In this document: positions 1 to 10,276 of the stretch, one piece after another
How the letters are laid out: each line of letters begins with the position of its first letter
Position numbering within the stretch: position 1 is the first letter of the stretch
Origin: an uncultured cyanobacterium
Lineage (GTDB): Bacteria; Cyanobacteriota; Cyanobacteriia; PCC-6307; Cyanobiaceae
Length of the DNA: 64,000 bases
Assembly: GCA_963765575.1 (NCBI GenBank)
Contig: CAVXWZ010000005.1
Span: 64,001-128,000, forward strand
Direction of reading: 5' to 3'
Position numbers and translations under genes: made by a program
Notes under the pieces: generated by a model
Database searches by the model: none
Told to the model about the DNA's origin: nothing
What the model saw: only the letters and a program-made list of their open reading frames with translations

Positions 1-891
1 GGCGGGCTGGATGGATCCCTTCAGCCCCTGCGTGAGCGGCTCGGCGCTGCGCTGGCCGAACTCCAGGACCTGGCCCGTGATCTCGATCGCTACGGCGGTG
101 GCCTGGAGAGCGACCCCGAGAGCCTCGATCAGCTGCAGCAGCGCATCGCCGATCTGCGTGCCCTGGAGCGGCGCCAAGGCCTGGAGCTGCCGCAGCTGAT
201 CGCCCTGCGCGATCGCCTGCGGGAGCAGCTGGCCCCGGGCGGCCCCGCCGCCGAGCTGGAGCAGCTGCAGGCCGAGGAGGTCCGCTGCCGCACCCGCCTG
301 GACCAGCTCCAGGCCTCCCTCAGCGCGGCCCGGACAGCGGCCGCCGCCGTCCTCCAGGGCCAGTTGATGGCGGCCCTGCGGCCCATGGGCCTGGCCCAGG
401 TGCGCTTCGCGGTGGCGATCGAGCCCTGCGACCCCGGCCCGGAGGGGGCTGATGCCGTGCAGTTTCTGTTCTCCGCCAACCCCGGTCAGCCGCTGGCGCC
501 GCTGGTGGAGGTGGCCTCGGGGGGGGAGATGAGCCGCTTTCTGCTGGCGCTGAAAACCTGCCTGGCCGAGGCGGACCCGCACGTCACCCTGCTGTTCGAC
601 GAGATCGATGCCGGCGTCAGTGGCCGGGTGAGTGGGGCAATGGCGGCCCTGTTGCAGCGCCTGGCCCAGCGTCGCCAGGTGTTCTGCGTCACCCACCAGC
701 CCCTGGTGGCCGCGGCGGCCGACCACCATTTCCAGGTGTCCAAGCAGGTGCTGGATGGCGTCACCCACATGCGGGTGTCCCACCTGCGGGACACCCGCGC
801 CCGCCAGGCGGAGCTGGCGGAGCTGGCCGGTGGCGATGCCGACGCCGTGCACTCCTATGCCGCCAGCCTGCTGGCGCGTCAGCCGAGCTGA
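1..891 (+). CDS. recN: DNA repair protein RecN, 3' part (truncated by window edge)
   Basis: Frame open from base 1; C-terminal ABC motifs SANPGQPLAPL..VASGGEMSRFLLALK, LLFDEIDAGVSG, CVTHQP. Confidence 0.95.
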   Translation, partial: GGLDGSLQPLRERLGAALAELQDLARDLDRYGGGLESDPESLDQLQQRIADLRALERRQGLELPQLIALRDRLREQLAPGGPAAELEQLQAEEVRCRTRLDQLQASLSAARTAAAAVLQGQLMAALRPMGLAQVRFAVAIEPCDPGPEGADAVQFLFSANPGQPLAPLVEVASGGEMSRFLLALKTCLAEADPHVTLLFDEIDAGVSGRVSGAMAALLQRLAQRRQVFCVTHQPLVAAAADHHFQVSKQVLDGVTHMRVSHLRDTRARQAELAELAGGDADAVHSYAASLLARQPS

Positions 892-1619
892 TCGAGGTCC
901 ACGAACCGGTAGCCGCGCCGGCGCAGCTCAGGGATCAGCTCGCGCAGGGTGAGCAGGGTGGCCGCGATCGTGTCGGGCCGGTCGTGCAGCACCAGGATCG
1001 CTCCGGGGTGCACGTTGGCGAGCAGGAAGCGGCGCACAAACCACAGCGGCGGCTGGTTGGTGTCAAAGGGAAACACCGACCCCAGCACCAGCCGGTAGCC
1101 GGCGGCGCTGAGGCTCTCGAGCATCGCCCTGTGGAACCAACCGCCACCAGGCCGGAACCAGCGCAGCGGCAGCTGGCGGGGAGCGGCGGCTGCCCGCAGG
1201 GCGGCCTCGGTGCGCTGCAGCTGAGCAGCGAACGCCTCTGGCGGCAGCCGGGCCGAGACGCTGTCGGTGGCCATGTGGTTGCCGATCTGGTGGCCCTCGG
1301 CCAGGGCCCGGGCCACGAAGCCCTCGCCGGCCCGCGGCAGGTGCTCGCCGATCAGAAACAGGGTGGCCGGCACCTCCAGCTCCCGCAGCAGGTCGAGCAG
1401 CGCCAGGCTGCCGGGCCCGCTGGGACCGTCATCGAGGGTGAGGGCCAGCCGCCGGCATCCCGGCTCCCCTGCGTCGCCGGCGCAGAACAGCACCTGCGGG
1501 GCGAGCGGCACCAGCAGCCGACGGATCAGCCAGGAGAGTCGCAACGTGAGCAGCAGCGCCAGCCCCCAGCCAGCCCAGTGCAGCAGCCGCAGTGGCGAGG
1601 GGGGTGCGGGGCGGGCCAT
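879..1619 (-). CDS. Polysaccharide deacetylase (NodB/CE4) with N-terminal membrane anchor
   Basis: ALTLDDGP, GHQIGNH, WFRPGGG, ILVLHD motifs; ATG at 1619 chosen. Confidence 0.85.
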   Translation of the reverse strand: MARPAPPSPLRLLHWAGWGLALLLTLRLSWLIRRLLVPLAPQVLFCAGDAGEPGCRRLALTLDDGPSGPGSLALLDLLRELEVPATLFLIGEHLPRAGEGFVARALAEGHQIGNHMATDSVSARLPPEAFAAQLQRTEAALRAAAAPRQLPLRWFRPGGGWFHRAMLESLSAAGYRLVLGSVFPFDTNQPPLWFVRRFLLANVHPGAILVLHDRPDTIAATLLTLRELIPELRRRGYRFVDLDQLG

Positions 1620-1696
1620 GGGGCGATCCTGGCGCCGCCAGCCCCAACCGCCCTTCATACACCGTTACATTTGGCGACCTTGCGCTCGCGGCCGTT

Positions 1697-2657
1697 ATGC
1701 CCTGGTCCGCTGCCGACATCCCCGACCAGTCCGGTCGCCTGGTGCTGATCACCGGCGCCAGCAGTGGTCTGGGCCTGGAGAGCGCCCGCGCCCTGCTGGC
1801 CAGGGGTGCCACGGTGATTCTCGGCTGCCGCTCCGCCGCCAAGGGCGAGCGGGCCCGCCAGGAGCTGCTCCCCGCCGCCGCCGCTGGTGGCGCGGTGGAT
1901 CTGCTCGACCTCGACCTCGCTGACCTCGGCTCGGTGCTCAGGGCCAGCAACGAACTGGGTGAGCGCTACGGACGGCTCGATCTGCTGATCAACAACGCCG
2001 GTGTGATGGGGTTGCCCCGGACCCTCAGCCGCGACGGTTTCGAGCTCCAGTTCGGCACCAACCACCTGGGCCATTTCGCCCTCACCTGCTGCCCTCCTGC
2101 CGCTGTTGCGCGGCCGGCCCGACGCCCGGGTGGTCACCGTGACCTCCGGAGCCCAGTATTTCGGCCGCATCGACTACGACGACCTCCAGGGGGAGCACGG
2201 CTATGACCGCTGGAAGGCCTATGGCCAGAGCAAGCTCGCCAACGTGATGTTCGCCCTCGAGCTCCAGCGGCGCCTGGATGCCGACGATGCCGGTGTGCGC
2301 TCGCTGGCGGCCCATCCGGGGGTGGCGCGCACCAACCTGCAGCCGGCCTCGGTGGCCGCCAGCGGCTCCTGGGTCGAGCCCCTCGCCTATCGGCTGATGG
2401 CGCCGCTGTTCCAGAGCGCCGCCATGGGCGCCCTGCCCCAGCTCTACGCGGCCACGGCGCCCCAGGCCCAACCCGGCGGTCACTACGGTCCCGACCAGTG
2501 GGGTGGCATGCGCGGCTGGCCCACAGACGTCCGTGTGGCCCCGGCCGCCCTCGATCCGGCGGAGCGGGGGCGACTGTGGCAGCTGAGTGAGGAGCTCTGC
2601 GCTGCGGCCAGCGAGCGGCGGGCGGCAGAACGGGGGGATGCCACCGTGGCGGCCTGA
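1697..2657 (+). pseudogene. Short-chain dehydrogenase/reductase (retinol-dehydrogenase-like), frameshifted at ~2087
   Basis: TGASSGLG, NNAG, FGTNHLGHF in one frame; YGQSKLAN and HPG in the +1 frame. Removing one T at 2087 restores HFALT-AALLPLLRG. Confidence 0.8.
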
Positions 2658-2699
2658 GGAGCCCAGTCAGACAGCCCCATCAGCGCAGTAGCAGCGCTG

Positions 2700-3200
2700 C
2701 GCGGCTCCGCGCTCGAGAGCGGGGACGGCAGCCACAGTTTTGTCGCTCAGGTGACGCTCTACGCCCGTGCCCTCGGCGTTGCCCTGGCCCAGAAGGCCTA
2801 CGACACAGGTGAATCGAGCGAGCGTGCAGCCCTCAAGGAGCTGCTCAGCACCCTTGAGCTGGAGGGTGTGCTGATCCAGGCGGATGCGCTGCACACCACC
2901 CAGGCGTTTTTCACTGGTGCCTCTCCCAGGGGGCCGACCTCCTCCTGACCGTCAAGGGCAACCAACGCACCCTCCATCGCCAGATCCGCAGCCTGTTTCA
3001 GGGTAAGCGCAGGATCCCTTTCACCGCAATGGATCACGAGAAACGGCATGGGCGCGACACCACCTGGATCCTGCGGGCCAGGGAAGCACCGGCGCACATC
3101 AAGGAGAACTGGCCCGGCTGCAGCTGGATCGTCGAGGTGGTCACCACCGTGATCAGCAAGGGCAAGCGGACCGAGCGTGCCCACCACTTCCTCACCAGTG
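2700..3200 (+). mobile_element. ISAs1-family transposase remnant, truncated at both ends, -1 shift at TTTTT ~2907-2911
   Basis: ELLSTLELEGVLIQADALHT then GADLLLTVKGNQRTL..DHEKRHGR..WPG..HHFLTS, typical ISAs1 motifs; no start and no C-terminus. Confidence 0.8.
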
Positions 3201-3440
3201 GCAGCAGTGGCGATTGGCCTGACACCGAATCCCCATTCATCCTGGATCAGCATTCAATTTATTGGATGATTATTCAACTGCTCTGATCATTATCAGTGAG
3301 CTGCTGTAAGGATAATTTCATCTGATCAAACAGCATCAAATACATGGGCGTTGGCCAGGGTCGAGATGAACTTCCCTGGTAACACCTACCAGCTCCCTCC
3401 GGGCCCGTATACTTCAGTATTACCAATTTTCACGAATTCA

Positions 3441-3962
3441 GTGATTCGCCAGATTCTGATCTCAGCTGTATTGCTGGGCACCGGTTTGTTCGATGCGGCG
3501 CTTTCCCAGGACCTTTTCATTTATCCCTCCAAGGGGCAGAGTGCTGAACAGCTGCGCCAGGATCGGCTCCAGTGCCAGCTGTGGGCGATCGATCAGACCG
3601 GCTTCGATCCCACCGATCCATCCCAGGGATCCCAGGCCAGTAGGCCTCCGGCGCCCCAGGTGCAGCGCCAGGGGCCGGGAACGGCCCGCTCCACCGCCCG
3701 TGGTGCGCTGATCGGCACGGCCGGTGGAGCCATCGCCGGCAACACCGGCCGGGGTGCCTTGGTGGGAGCGACCAGCGGCAGCCTCATTGGAGCGGGCCGC
3801 CAGGTTGATCAACGCCGGGCCCAGCAGCAGGCGAGTGAGGATTGGCTCCGGCAGCAACAGGCCGAGGACGCCGAACGACAGCTGCTGCAGCACTACCGGC
3901 GCCAGGGCTTCAACCGCGCCGTGACGGCCTGCATGGAGGGCCGGGGTTACGCCGTGAGCTGA
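3441..3962 (+). CDS. Exported glycine-zipper protein
   Basis: Signal-like N-terminus, IYPSKGQS..Q..D..QC..WA, GALIGTAGGAIAG..GALVGA..G zipper, C-terminal ACMEGRGY; start may be 3351. Confidence 0.75.
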   Translation: MIRQILISAVLLGTGLFDAALSQDLFIYPSKGQSAEQLRQDRLQCQLWAIDQTGFDPTDPSQGSQASRPPAPQVQRQGPGTARSTARGALIGTAGGAIAGNTGRGALVGATSGSLIGAGRQVDQRRAQQQASEDWLRQQQAEDAERQLLQHYRRQGFNRAVTACMEGRGYAVS

Positions 3963-4002
3963 GCTCAGCTCGCCAGCAGGACGCGCCGCAGCTCCAGGCC
4001 GA

Positions 4003-4848
4003 TCATCCCAGCTGCAGCCGGGGATGGCGCAGCCGGTAGCCGAGGCGGTGCAGACGCCGGTTGGCGATGCGGCGATTGGCGCGGGAGCCGGCGGATTCAG
4101 CTTCAGGATCCCAGCGCACCGGCTCCAGGCCGGCGGCTGTGAGCACCCGATCGAAGAGATCGCGCACCCGCAGGGGCTCATCGTCCACCAGGTTCACGAT
4201 CCCCTCCACGCTCTGCTCCACGGCCCAGGCCAGGGCGGCCACCACGTCGTCGCGGTGGATCCAGCTGCAGTAGCTGGCCCCATCCCCCGGCCGCGTGCTC
4301 CCCGCCAGGGGCCCCAGGCGGGCCGCGAGCTCCCGGCCCGGCCCGTAGATCGCCCCCAGCCGCAGGATGGCCACGCGGCGCTGAGCATCGGCGCAGGCCA
4401 GCAGCCGCTGCTCGCTGGCCTGCAGGATCTCGCCGTGGCGATCGCTTGGCTGGACCGGCGTGGTCTCATCCACCCAGCCACCGCCGGCGTCGCCATACAC
4501 CGAGCAGCTGCCGGTGTAGAGCACTTGGCGCAGCTGCGGCAGCCGCGGCAGCACCCGCTCCAGGGCCTCAAAGGTGCGTAGGTAGGTGGCCTCATAACCC
4601 TCCGTGCCCACCTGCCGGTTGCCTGTGGGGGCGAGGGTGAACACCGCCACCTCACTGCCGCCCAGGGCCGCCTCCAGTCCCTGGTCATCGGCGCCCTCGA
4701 GCACATGCACCGCGTCGGCCCAGGGCGCCAGCTCGGCCCGTCGTGACGCCCTGGTGGTGGTGACGCCTACGTGGTGATCACGGCCCGCCCGCCAGTGCCG
4801 GGCCAGGGCTGAGCCCACGTAGCCACAGCCGAGAATGGTGATTCGCAT
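4003..4848 (-). CDS. NAD-dependent epimerase/dehydratase (atypical SDR)
   Basis: ILGCGYVG Rossmann motif, SCSVYGD, LRLGAIYGPGR, WIHRDD. Confidence 0.85.
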   Translation of the reverse strand: MRITILGCGYVGSALARHWRAGRDHHVGVTTTRASRRAELAPWADAVHVLEGADDQGLEAALGGSEVAVFTLAPTGNRQVGTEGYEATYLRTFEALERVLPRLPQLRQVLYTGSCSVYGDAGGGWVDETTPVQPSDRHGEILQASEQRLLACADAQRRVAILRLGAIYGPGRELAARLGPLAGSTRPGDGASYCSWIHRDDVVAALAWAVEQSVEGIVNLVDDEPLRVRDLFDRVLTAAGLEPVRWDPEAESAGSRANRRIANRRLHRLGYRLRHPRLQLG

Positions 4849-4974
4849 CGACGCCCGGCGCCGCAGGGACGACCCTAGGAATTCTGTCAGCGTGACGCGC
4901 CTGGCTGGCTGGCCTGTCGGCTCGCATTCCTACACTCCACGCCAGCACTACGGCTGAGCGGGTTGGGAAACTCC

Positions 4975-6528
4975 ATGAGACTGTGGCTTGTTGCTCTGCT
5001 GATGGCGGTCAGTGTGCTTCTGATCGGTCCGGTTGCTGCTGTGCCGTCTGGTGCGCCAGTGATTCTGGGGGATGAAACCCTGTTTCGGATCGAGGCCCAG
5101 GTGGCCTCGTTTGCTCCGGATTTTCGGGCTCAGGTGATTTCCGATCGCATCACAAAACTGGCAAAGAATACAGATATCAGCGTCGATACAATCACGGTTG
5201 TTGACAATCCAAAAGTTGGTTCAACCGATCTGCGAGCTGGGGACCTGACGCTCATCACGATCGTGGATGCGGATGCATTGGCGGCCACGAGAGAACGCGA
5301 TGAATTGGCACGTGACTATGCCGAAAAAATCAAGAATGCGATCAATCAATTTCGCAAATCCTATAGCTTCAATAGCATTATCATCGGCATTGTCAGCACT
5401 CTCGGCCTGACGGTGGCGTTTGTTGCCAGTTTGATTGGCATTTCCAGGTCCACACCATTGATTTCGGGGCGTCTGAGGCGCTGGTGTGGCGTGCGTATTG
5501 GTGGCTTGCGCCTGTTCAACACCCAGATCCTCTCGGCTGATCGTGTTGCTGATCTGATCACCGAGATTCTGCGGATCGTGCGCTTTACTCTCTATCTGAT
5601 TCTTGTTTATATCTATATAAATCTGGTGCTTAGTTTCTTTCCCTGGACCATGGGATTGGCACGGCTTCTAATTGGCTACTTGAAAACTGCTGTGACGACA
5701 GTGGGAGCTGGAGTTGTTGACTATCTTCCCAGCTTCTCTTTTCTGATTGTGATCATTGTGATCACCACGTATTTTTTGAAGCTGATCCGCTTCTTTTTTG
5801 CCGAAATTGAATCTGGCGATATCGTGATCGAATGGTTTTATCAGGAATGGGCCAAGCCCACCTATAAGCTCATCCAGTTTCTTGTGCTGGCATTTGCTGT
5901 CACAGTTTCTTTCCCCTATCTGCCAGGCTCCAGCACCCCAGCTTTCCAGGGGGTTTCGATCTTTCTTGGGGTTTTGGTTTCACTGGGTTCTTCCTCGGCG
6001 ATCTCCAACATCTTTGCGGGCATCATTCTCACGTACACCCGCGGCTTTCTAGTTGGAGACCGGGTGCAGATCGCCGACACAGTGGGTGATGTGGTCGACA
6101 AAACCCTCTTTGTCACGCGTGTGAGGACGATCAAGAATGTGGTGATTACTATTCCAAATTCGGCTGTTCTCAGCAGTCACATCATCAACTTCAGTGCCGC
6201 TGGTGCTGCCCCGCACGCGGCCCCCCTGCTGCTGCACACCACCGTCACCCTGGGCTACGACATTCCCTGGCGAACCGTGTATGACGTGCTCATCCGGGCT
6301 GCCGAGGGCACCTCGGCGATCCTGGGCCAGCCCGCCCCGTTCGTGCTGCAAACGTCCCTGGACGACTTCTATGTGCACTACGAACTGAATGCCTACACCG
6401 AGGATCCCGGTGTGATGGCGCGCACCTATTCCGAGCTTTTCGAACGCATCCAGGATCTCTGCCAGGAGGCTGGGATTGAGATCCTCTCCCCCCATTTCCG
6501 CGCCCTGCGCGATGGCAGCCCACCATGA
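4975..6528 (+). CDS. Small-conductance mechanosensitive channel (MscS family) with exported N-terminal domain
   Basis: SLGSSSAISNIFAG, GDRVQI, ITIPNS, LGYDIPW, GIEILSPH; several TM helices. Confidence 0.9.
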   Translation: MRLWLVALLMAVSVLLIGPVAAVPSGAPVILGDETLFRIEAQVASFAPDFRAQVISDRITKLAKNTDISVDTITVVDNPKVGSTDLRAGDLTLITIVDADALAATRERDELARDYAEKIKNAINQFRKSYSFNSIIIGIVSTLGLTVAFVASLIGISRSTPLISGRLRRWCGVRIGGLRLFNTQILSADRVADLITEILRIVRFTLYLILVYIYINLVLSFFPWTMGLARLLIGYLKTAVTTVGAGVVDYLPSFSFLIVIIVITTYFLKLIRFFFAEIESGDIVIEWFYQEWAKPTYKLIQFLVLAFAVTVSFPYLPGSSTPAFQGVSIFLGVLVSLGSSSAISNIFAGIILTYTRGFLVGDRVQIADTVGDVVDKTLFVTRVRTIKNVVITIPNSAVLSSHIINFSAAGAAPHAAPLLLHTTVTLGYDIPWRTVYDVLIRAAEGTSAILGQPAPFVLQTSLDDFYVHYELNAYTEDPGVMARTYSELFERIQDLCQEAGIEILSPHFRALRDGSPP

Positions 6529-7370
6529 GCAACGTTGTCCGTGGTGATGGCAGTGACCGGCAGTGGCGCCTTAATCGGCGCAACTTCGAGGGTCGCTGGT
6601 GCGGTGTCAGTCACTGGTATCTGCGCCCGCAGCAGGACGCCGGCGCGCCGCATCGCCTCGATCTCAGCCAGCCCAGCCGGACCATCGCTGACACCTGCTA
6701 TGCCATCAGCTTCGACGATGGCGACCACGGCCTCTGGGATGGCAGCGGCCTGCTGATGGCCCCGGGCGGGCGACGCCAGTTGCCCCTCAGCCGGCACACC
6801 TACAACCGCGGCGGCTCCTGCTGGCAGTTCGCCGGTGCCGGTGGCCAGTCGAGCCTGGCCGTGGACCCCTCCCAGCCCCGGTTCGGCCATGAGGTGAACC
6901 TGTTCTGGCGGCGTTCGCGCTCCATGCTCGTGCTGCTGTACGCGCCGTTGCCCACGGCCCAGGGACCTCGCTGGCAGCTCGATGCGGTGGCGGCCGTGCC
7001 GTTCCGCTGTCAGCTGGCGGGCCCGCTGGATCCCCCGCGCCCCGCCGCCACTGACTGGCGGCGCCTGCTGGCGGAGCAGCAGGGCTGGGAGGGTTCGCTG
7101 CAGCGGCTGGAGCCGGGCGCCTGGCCTGGCGAGGATCGAGAGTCCCTGGGCTGTGCCCCCTTCCGCAGCGCAGACTTCGCCCGCCATCAGCTCACGGCCG
7201 GCTTCGCCGATGGCCTGGTCTGTTCGCTGCCGGAGGTGCTGCCAGCTGGGGAGTTTGTGCTGGAGGTGGGCTGCCGCCTCGACGCCGGCCGTTTTCACCA
7301 GCTGAGCCTGCGGTTCAACGCCGCCCAGCGGCTCACGGCCTGGGAGCTGCGCCGCTTTCTGCGCCCCTAG
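6525..7370 (+). CDS. Hypothetical protein (DUF3598-like)
   Basis: Long ORF with native codon use, ATGA overlap with the MscS stop; W..N..NF.G.W.G N-terminus recalls DUF3598. Confidence 0.6.
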   Translation: MSNVVRGDGSDRQWRLNRRNFEGRWCGVSHWYLRPQQDAGAPHRLDLSQPSRTIADTCYAISFDDGDHGLWDGSGLLMAPGGRRQLPLSRHTYNRGGSCWQFAGAGGQSSLAVDPSQPRFGHEVNLFWRRSRSMLVLLYAPLPTAQGPRWQLDAVAAVPFRCQLAGPLDPPRPAATDWRRLLAEQQGWEGSLQRLEPGAWPGEDRESLGCAPFRSADFARHQLTAGFADGLVCSLPEVLPAGEFVLEVGCRLDAGRFHQLSLRFNAAQRLTAWELRRFLRP

Positions 7371-7427
7371 GCCCTCCCCGGCCTCCCTGCTCCGCACCCG
7401 TCCTCTGTCCCGTTCTCCCCTGCCGCC

Positions 7428-8231
7428 ATGGCCGCCAGCAGCGCTCCCAGTGCCTACGCCGAGCTCCAGGCGGTGGAGGCCTGGCTGGGCCCGCGGCCGG
7501 TGTTCCGCGAGCTCAGCCTGGCCCTGCAGCGGGGGGAGCACACGGTGATCCTGGGTCCCAACGGCTCCGGCAAGAGTGCCCTGGTGAAGCTGCTCAGCCG
7601 TGAGCTCTACCCGGTGGTGAAGCCGGGCTCCTGGCTGCGGCTCTTCGGCAGCACCACGGTCAACCTCTGGGAGCTGCGCGGGCGCATCGGGCTGGTGTCG
7701 CAGGACCTGCAGGCGGGCTACCGCCCCCAGGTGCGGGCCGCCGATGTGGTGCTGTCGGGCTGTTTCGGATCGGTGGGCATCGGCCGCAGCCAGCAGCCCA
7801 GCGCCGCCATGGTCGAGCGGGTCACGGCCCTGATGGCGCAGCTGGGGCTGGCGGATCTGGCCGAGCGGCCCTTCGGCCAGCTCTCCGATGGCCAGCGCCG
7901 CCGGCTGCTGCTGGCGCGGGCCCTGGTGCACGGGCCCGAGGTGCTGGTGCTCGATGAACCCACCAATGGCCTCGACCTGCAGGCCCGGCACCAGCTGCTG
8001 GCGATCCTGCGGGAGCTGGCCCGCTCCGGCACCACCCTGCTGGTGGTGACCCACCAGATCGAGTCGATCATTCCGGAGATCAGCCGCGCCGTGCTCTTGC
8101 GCCAGGGTCAGGTGGTGGGCGATGGGCCGGTGGCGGAGCTGCTGCAGGACGGACCCCTGAGCGACCTCTTTGCCACACCGCTGCGGGTGTGCAGCGCCAA
8201 CGGCTACCGCCAGGTGCTGCCGGCGGACTGA
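7428..8231 (+). CDS. ABC transporter ATP-binding protein (ModF-like, no adjacent permease)
   Basis: GPNGSGKS, LSDGQRRR, LVLDEP, VTH. Confidence 0.9.
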   Translation: MAASSAPSAYAELQAVEAWLGPRPVFRELSLALQRGEHTVILGPNGSGKSALVKLLSRELYPVVKPGSWLRLFGSTTVNLWELRGRIGLVSQDLQAGYRPQVRAADVVLSGCFGSVGIGRSQQPSAAMVERVTALMAQLGLADLAERPFGQLSDGQRRRLLLARALVHGPEVLVLDEPTNGLDLQARHQLLAILRELARSGTTLLVVTHQIESIIPEISRAVLLRQGQVVGDGPVAELLQDGPLSDLFATPLRVCSANGYRQVLPAD

Positions 8232-8366
8232 GGGCCAGGGGCAATGAGCACAAGTGCGCACCACCGCGGTACGCGCTTATCGCTATTCAACGCTACCGTT
8301 ATGAACGAACGCGCCAGGGCCCACCAGGCTCTCGCCCGTTCCCTGTCCTCCGTCCCCTTTCCTGTC

Positions 8367-9449
8367 ATGGCGTCAACGTCCCTGGCTCCCACCCGGAGCC
8401 ACCCCTGGGAGTCCTTCAAGGACTGGATCACCAGCACCGACAACCGCCTCTACATCGGCTGGTTCGGGGTGCTGATGATCCCCACCCTGCTGGCGGCGGC
8501 CAGCTGCTTCATGATCGCTTTCATCGCCGCTCCCCCCGTCGACATCGACGGCATCCGCGAACCGGTGACCGGCAGCCTGCTCTACGGCAACAACATCATC
8601 ACCGCCGCGGTGGTGCCCAGCTCCAACGCCATCGGCCTGCACTTCTATCCGATCTGGGAGGCCAGCAGCCTCGATGAGTGGCTCTACAACGGCGGCCCCT
8701 ACCAGCTGATCATCTTCCACTTCCTGATCGGTATCTATGCCTATCTGGGCCGCGAGTGGGAGCTGAGCTACCGCCTGGGCATGCGTCCCTGGATCGCCGT
8801 GGCCTACAGCGCTCCGGTGGGCGCCGCCACCGCCGTGCTGCTGGTGTACGCCATCGGCCAGGGCAGCTTCTCCGACCCCATGCCCCTGGGTATTTCCGGC
8901 ACCTTCAACTTCATGCTTGTGCTCCAGGCTGAGCACAACGTGCTCATGCACCCCTTCCACATGCTCGGTGTGGCCGGTGTTTTCGGCGGCAGCCTGTTCT
9001 CGGCCATGCACGGTTCTTTGGTGACCAGCTCGCTGGTGCGGGAGACCACCGAAGCCGAGAGCCAGAACCGCGGCTACAAGTTTGGTCAGGAGGAGGAGAC
9101 TTACAACATCGTGGCCGCCCATGGCTATTTCGGCCGGCTGATCTTTCAGTACGCCTCCTTCAACAACAGCCGCAGCCTGCACTTCTTCCTGGCCGCCTGG
9201 CCGGTGGTGGGGATCTGGTTCGCCACCCTGGCGGTGATCAGCTTCTCCTTCAATGTCAACGGCTTCAACTTCAACCACTCGGTGCTCGATCACCAGGGCC
9301 GGGTGATCAACACCTGGGCCGACGTGCTCAACCGCGGTGGTCTGGGCATTGAGGCCATGCACGAGCGCAACACCCACAACTTCCCCCTCGATCTGGCGGC
9401 CGTGCCGTCGGAGCTCATGCCCCTCAGCGCCCCCTCGATCCCTGCGTGA
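8367..9449 (+). CDS. psbA: Photosystem II D1 protein, low-oxygen D1' isoform
   Basis: 360 aa; D1' signature A80, L158, L186, A286; Y161, D170, E189, H190, H332, E333, H337, D342, A344 retained; E130. Confidence 0.95.
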   Translation: MASTSLAPTRSHPWESFKDWITSTDNRLYIGWFGVLMIPTLLAAASCFMIAFIAAPPVDIDGIREPVTGSLLYGNNIITAAVVPSSNAIGLHFYPIWEASSLDEWLYNGGPYQLIIFHFLIGIYAYLGREWELSYRLGMRPWIAVAYSAPVGAATAVLLVYAIGQGSFSDPMPLGISGTFNFMLVLQAEHNVLMHPFHMLGVAGVFGGSLFSAMHGSLVTSSLVRETTEAESQNRGYKFGQEEETYNIVAAHGYFGRLIFQYASFNNSRSLHFFLAAWPVVGIWFATLAVISFSFNVNGFNFNHSVLDHQGRVINTWADVLNRGGLGIEAMHERNTHNFPLDLAAVPSELMPLSAPSIPA

Positions 9450-9533
9450 GGCTTTGAACCTCGCCCAGGCGGGGCCCGGTTCCACACCGGGCCCATGTCC
9501 CCTGTCCATCGTCAACCCATTGCCGGCCGCGTC

Positions 9534-10202
9534 ATGACCCAGCTCTTGTTCACGCTCAGGGCCAGCAACTGGCCGCCGGCAGCACGGCTGGCGCTTGCCG
9601 CGCTGGGCGCCCTGCTCGCTGGGGCGCTGCTGAGCCTGCAGCCCGCAGCCGCCCTGGCTGCCACCACACCAGCACCCGCCACAGCGCCGGTGGATCCAGC
9701 CAGCCTGGCCCGGGCGGTGGACCAGATGGAGCAGCTCGACCGCATGCGCATCTCCCTGGCCTCCAGCCTGGAGGGCAGCAGCGAGGAGCCCACCATGGAC
9801 ACCATGCGTGAGGTGTGCATGCCCGTGGGCAAGCGGGCGATGGCCATCGGCAAGCAGAACGGCTGGAGCGTGCGCCAGGTGGCCAGCAAGGCCCGCAACC
9901 CCGACCATGTCCCCGCCGGCGCCCAGGAGAGCCAGGTGATCGATCTCTTCGCCAGACACCCCGAGATCACCGGCCTGTGGGAGCCTGCCAGCGCCGACCA
10001 GGCAGCCGGTGTGACCTACTACCGCCGCATCGACGTGCAGCCCAGCTGCCTGGCCTGCCATGGCAGCAAGGACAGCCGACCCGCCTTCGTCAAGGACAAG
10101 TACCCCGCGGACAAGGCCTTCGACTTCAAACCCGGTGACCTGCGCGGCATGTACGCCGTGTTCATCCCCGAGGTGCAGGAGGTTCTGCGGCAGGCCGGCT
10201 GA
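9534..10202 (+). CDS. Tll0287-like (DUF3365) exported c-type heme protein
   Basis: Signal peptide, EPT..TM.EVC.PVG, K.RNP, CLACHG heme motif, YPAD.AF.F.PGDLRG. Confidence 0.85.
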   Translation: MTQLLFTLRASNWPPAARLALAALGALLAGALLSLQPAAALAATTPAPATAPVDPASLARAVDQMEQLDRMRISLASSLEGSSEEPTMDTMREVCMPVGKRAMAIGKQNGWSVRQVASKARNPDHVPAGAQESQVIDLFARHPEITGLWEPASADQAAGVTYYRRIDVQPSCLACHGSKDSRPAFVKDKYPADKAFDFKPGDLRGMYAVFIPEVQEVLRQAG

Positions 10203-10276
10203 CGCCCCGCGGCCAGGATCGGCTCAGGCCGCCGTCCAGCCGCAGGGCTGCAGCCCTGGGTTCAGGTGGTTCAGCA

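Noticed and set aside
8244..8366. 41-aa N-terminal extension on D1
   Set aside because: The ATG at 8367 gives the canonical 360 aa; the upstream stretch looks like promoter and UTR.
8367..9449. Rogue D1 or chlorophyll f synthase interpretation of psbA
   Set aside because: All Mn4CaO5 ligands and the Ala344 processing site are present and the D1' signature fits.
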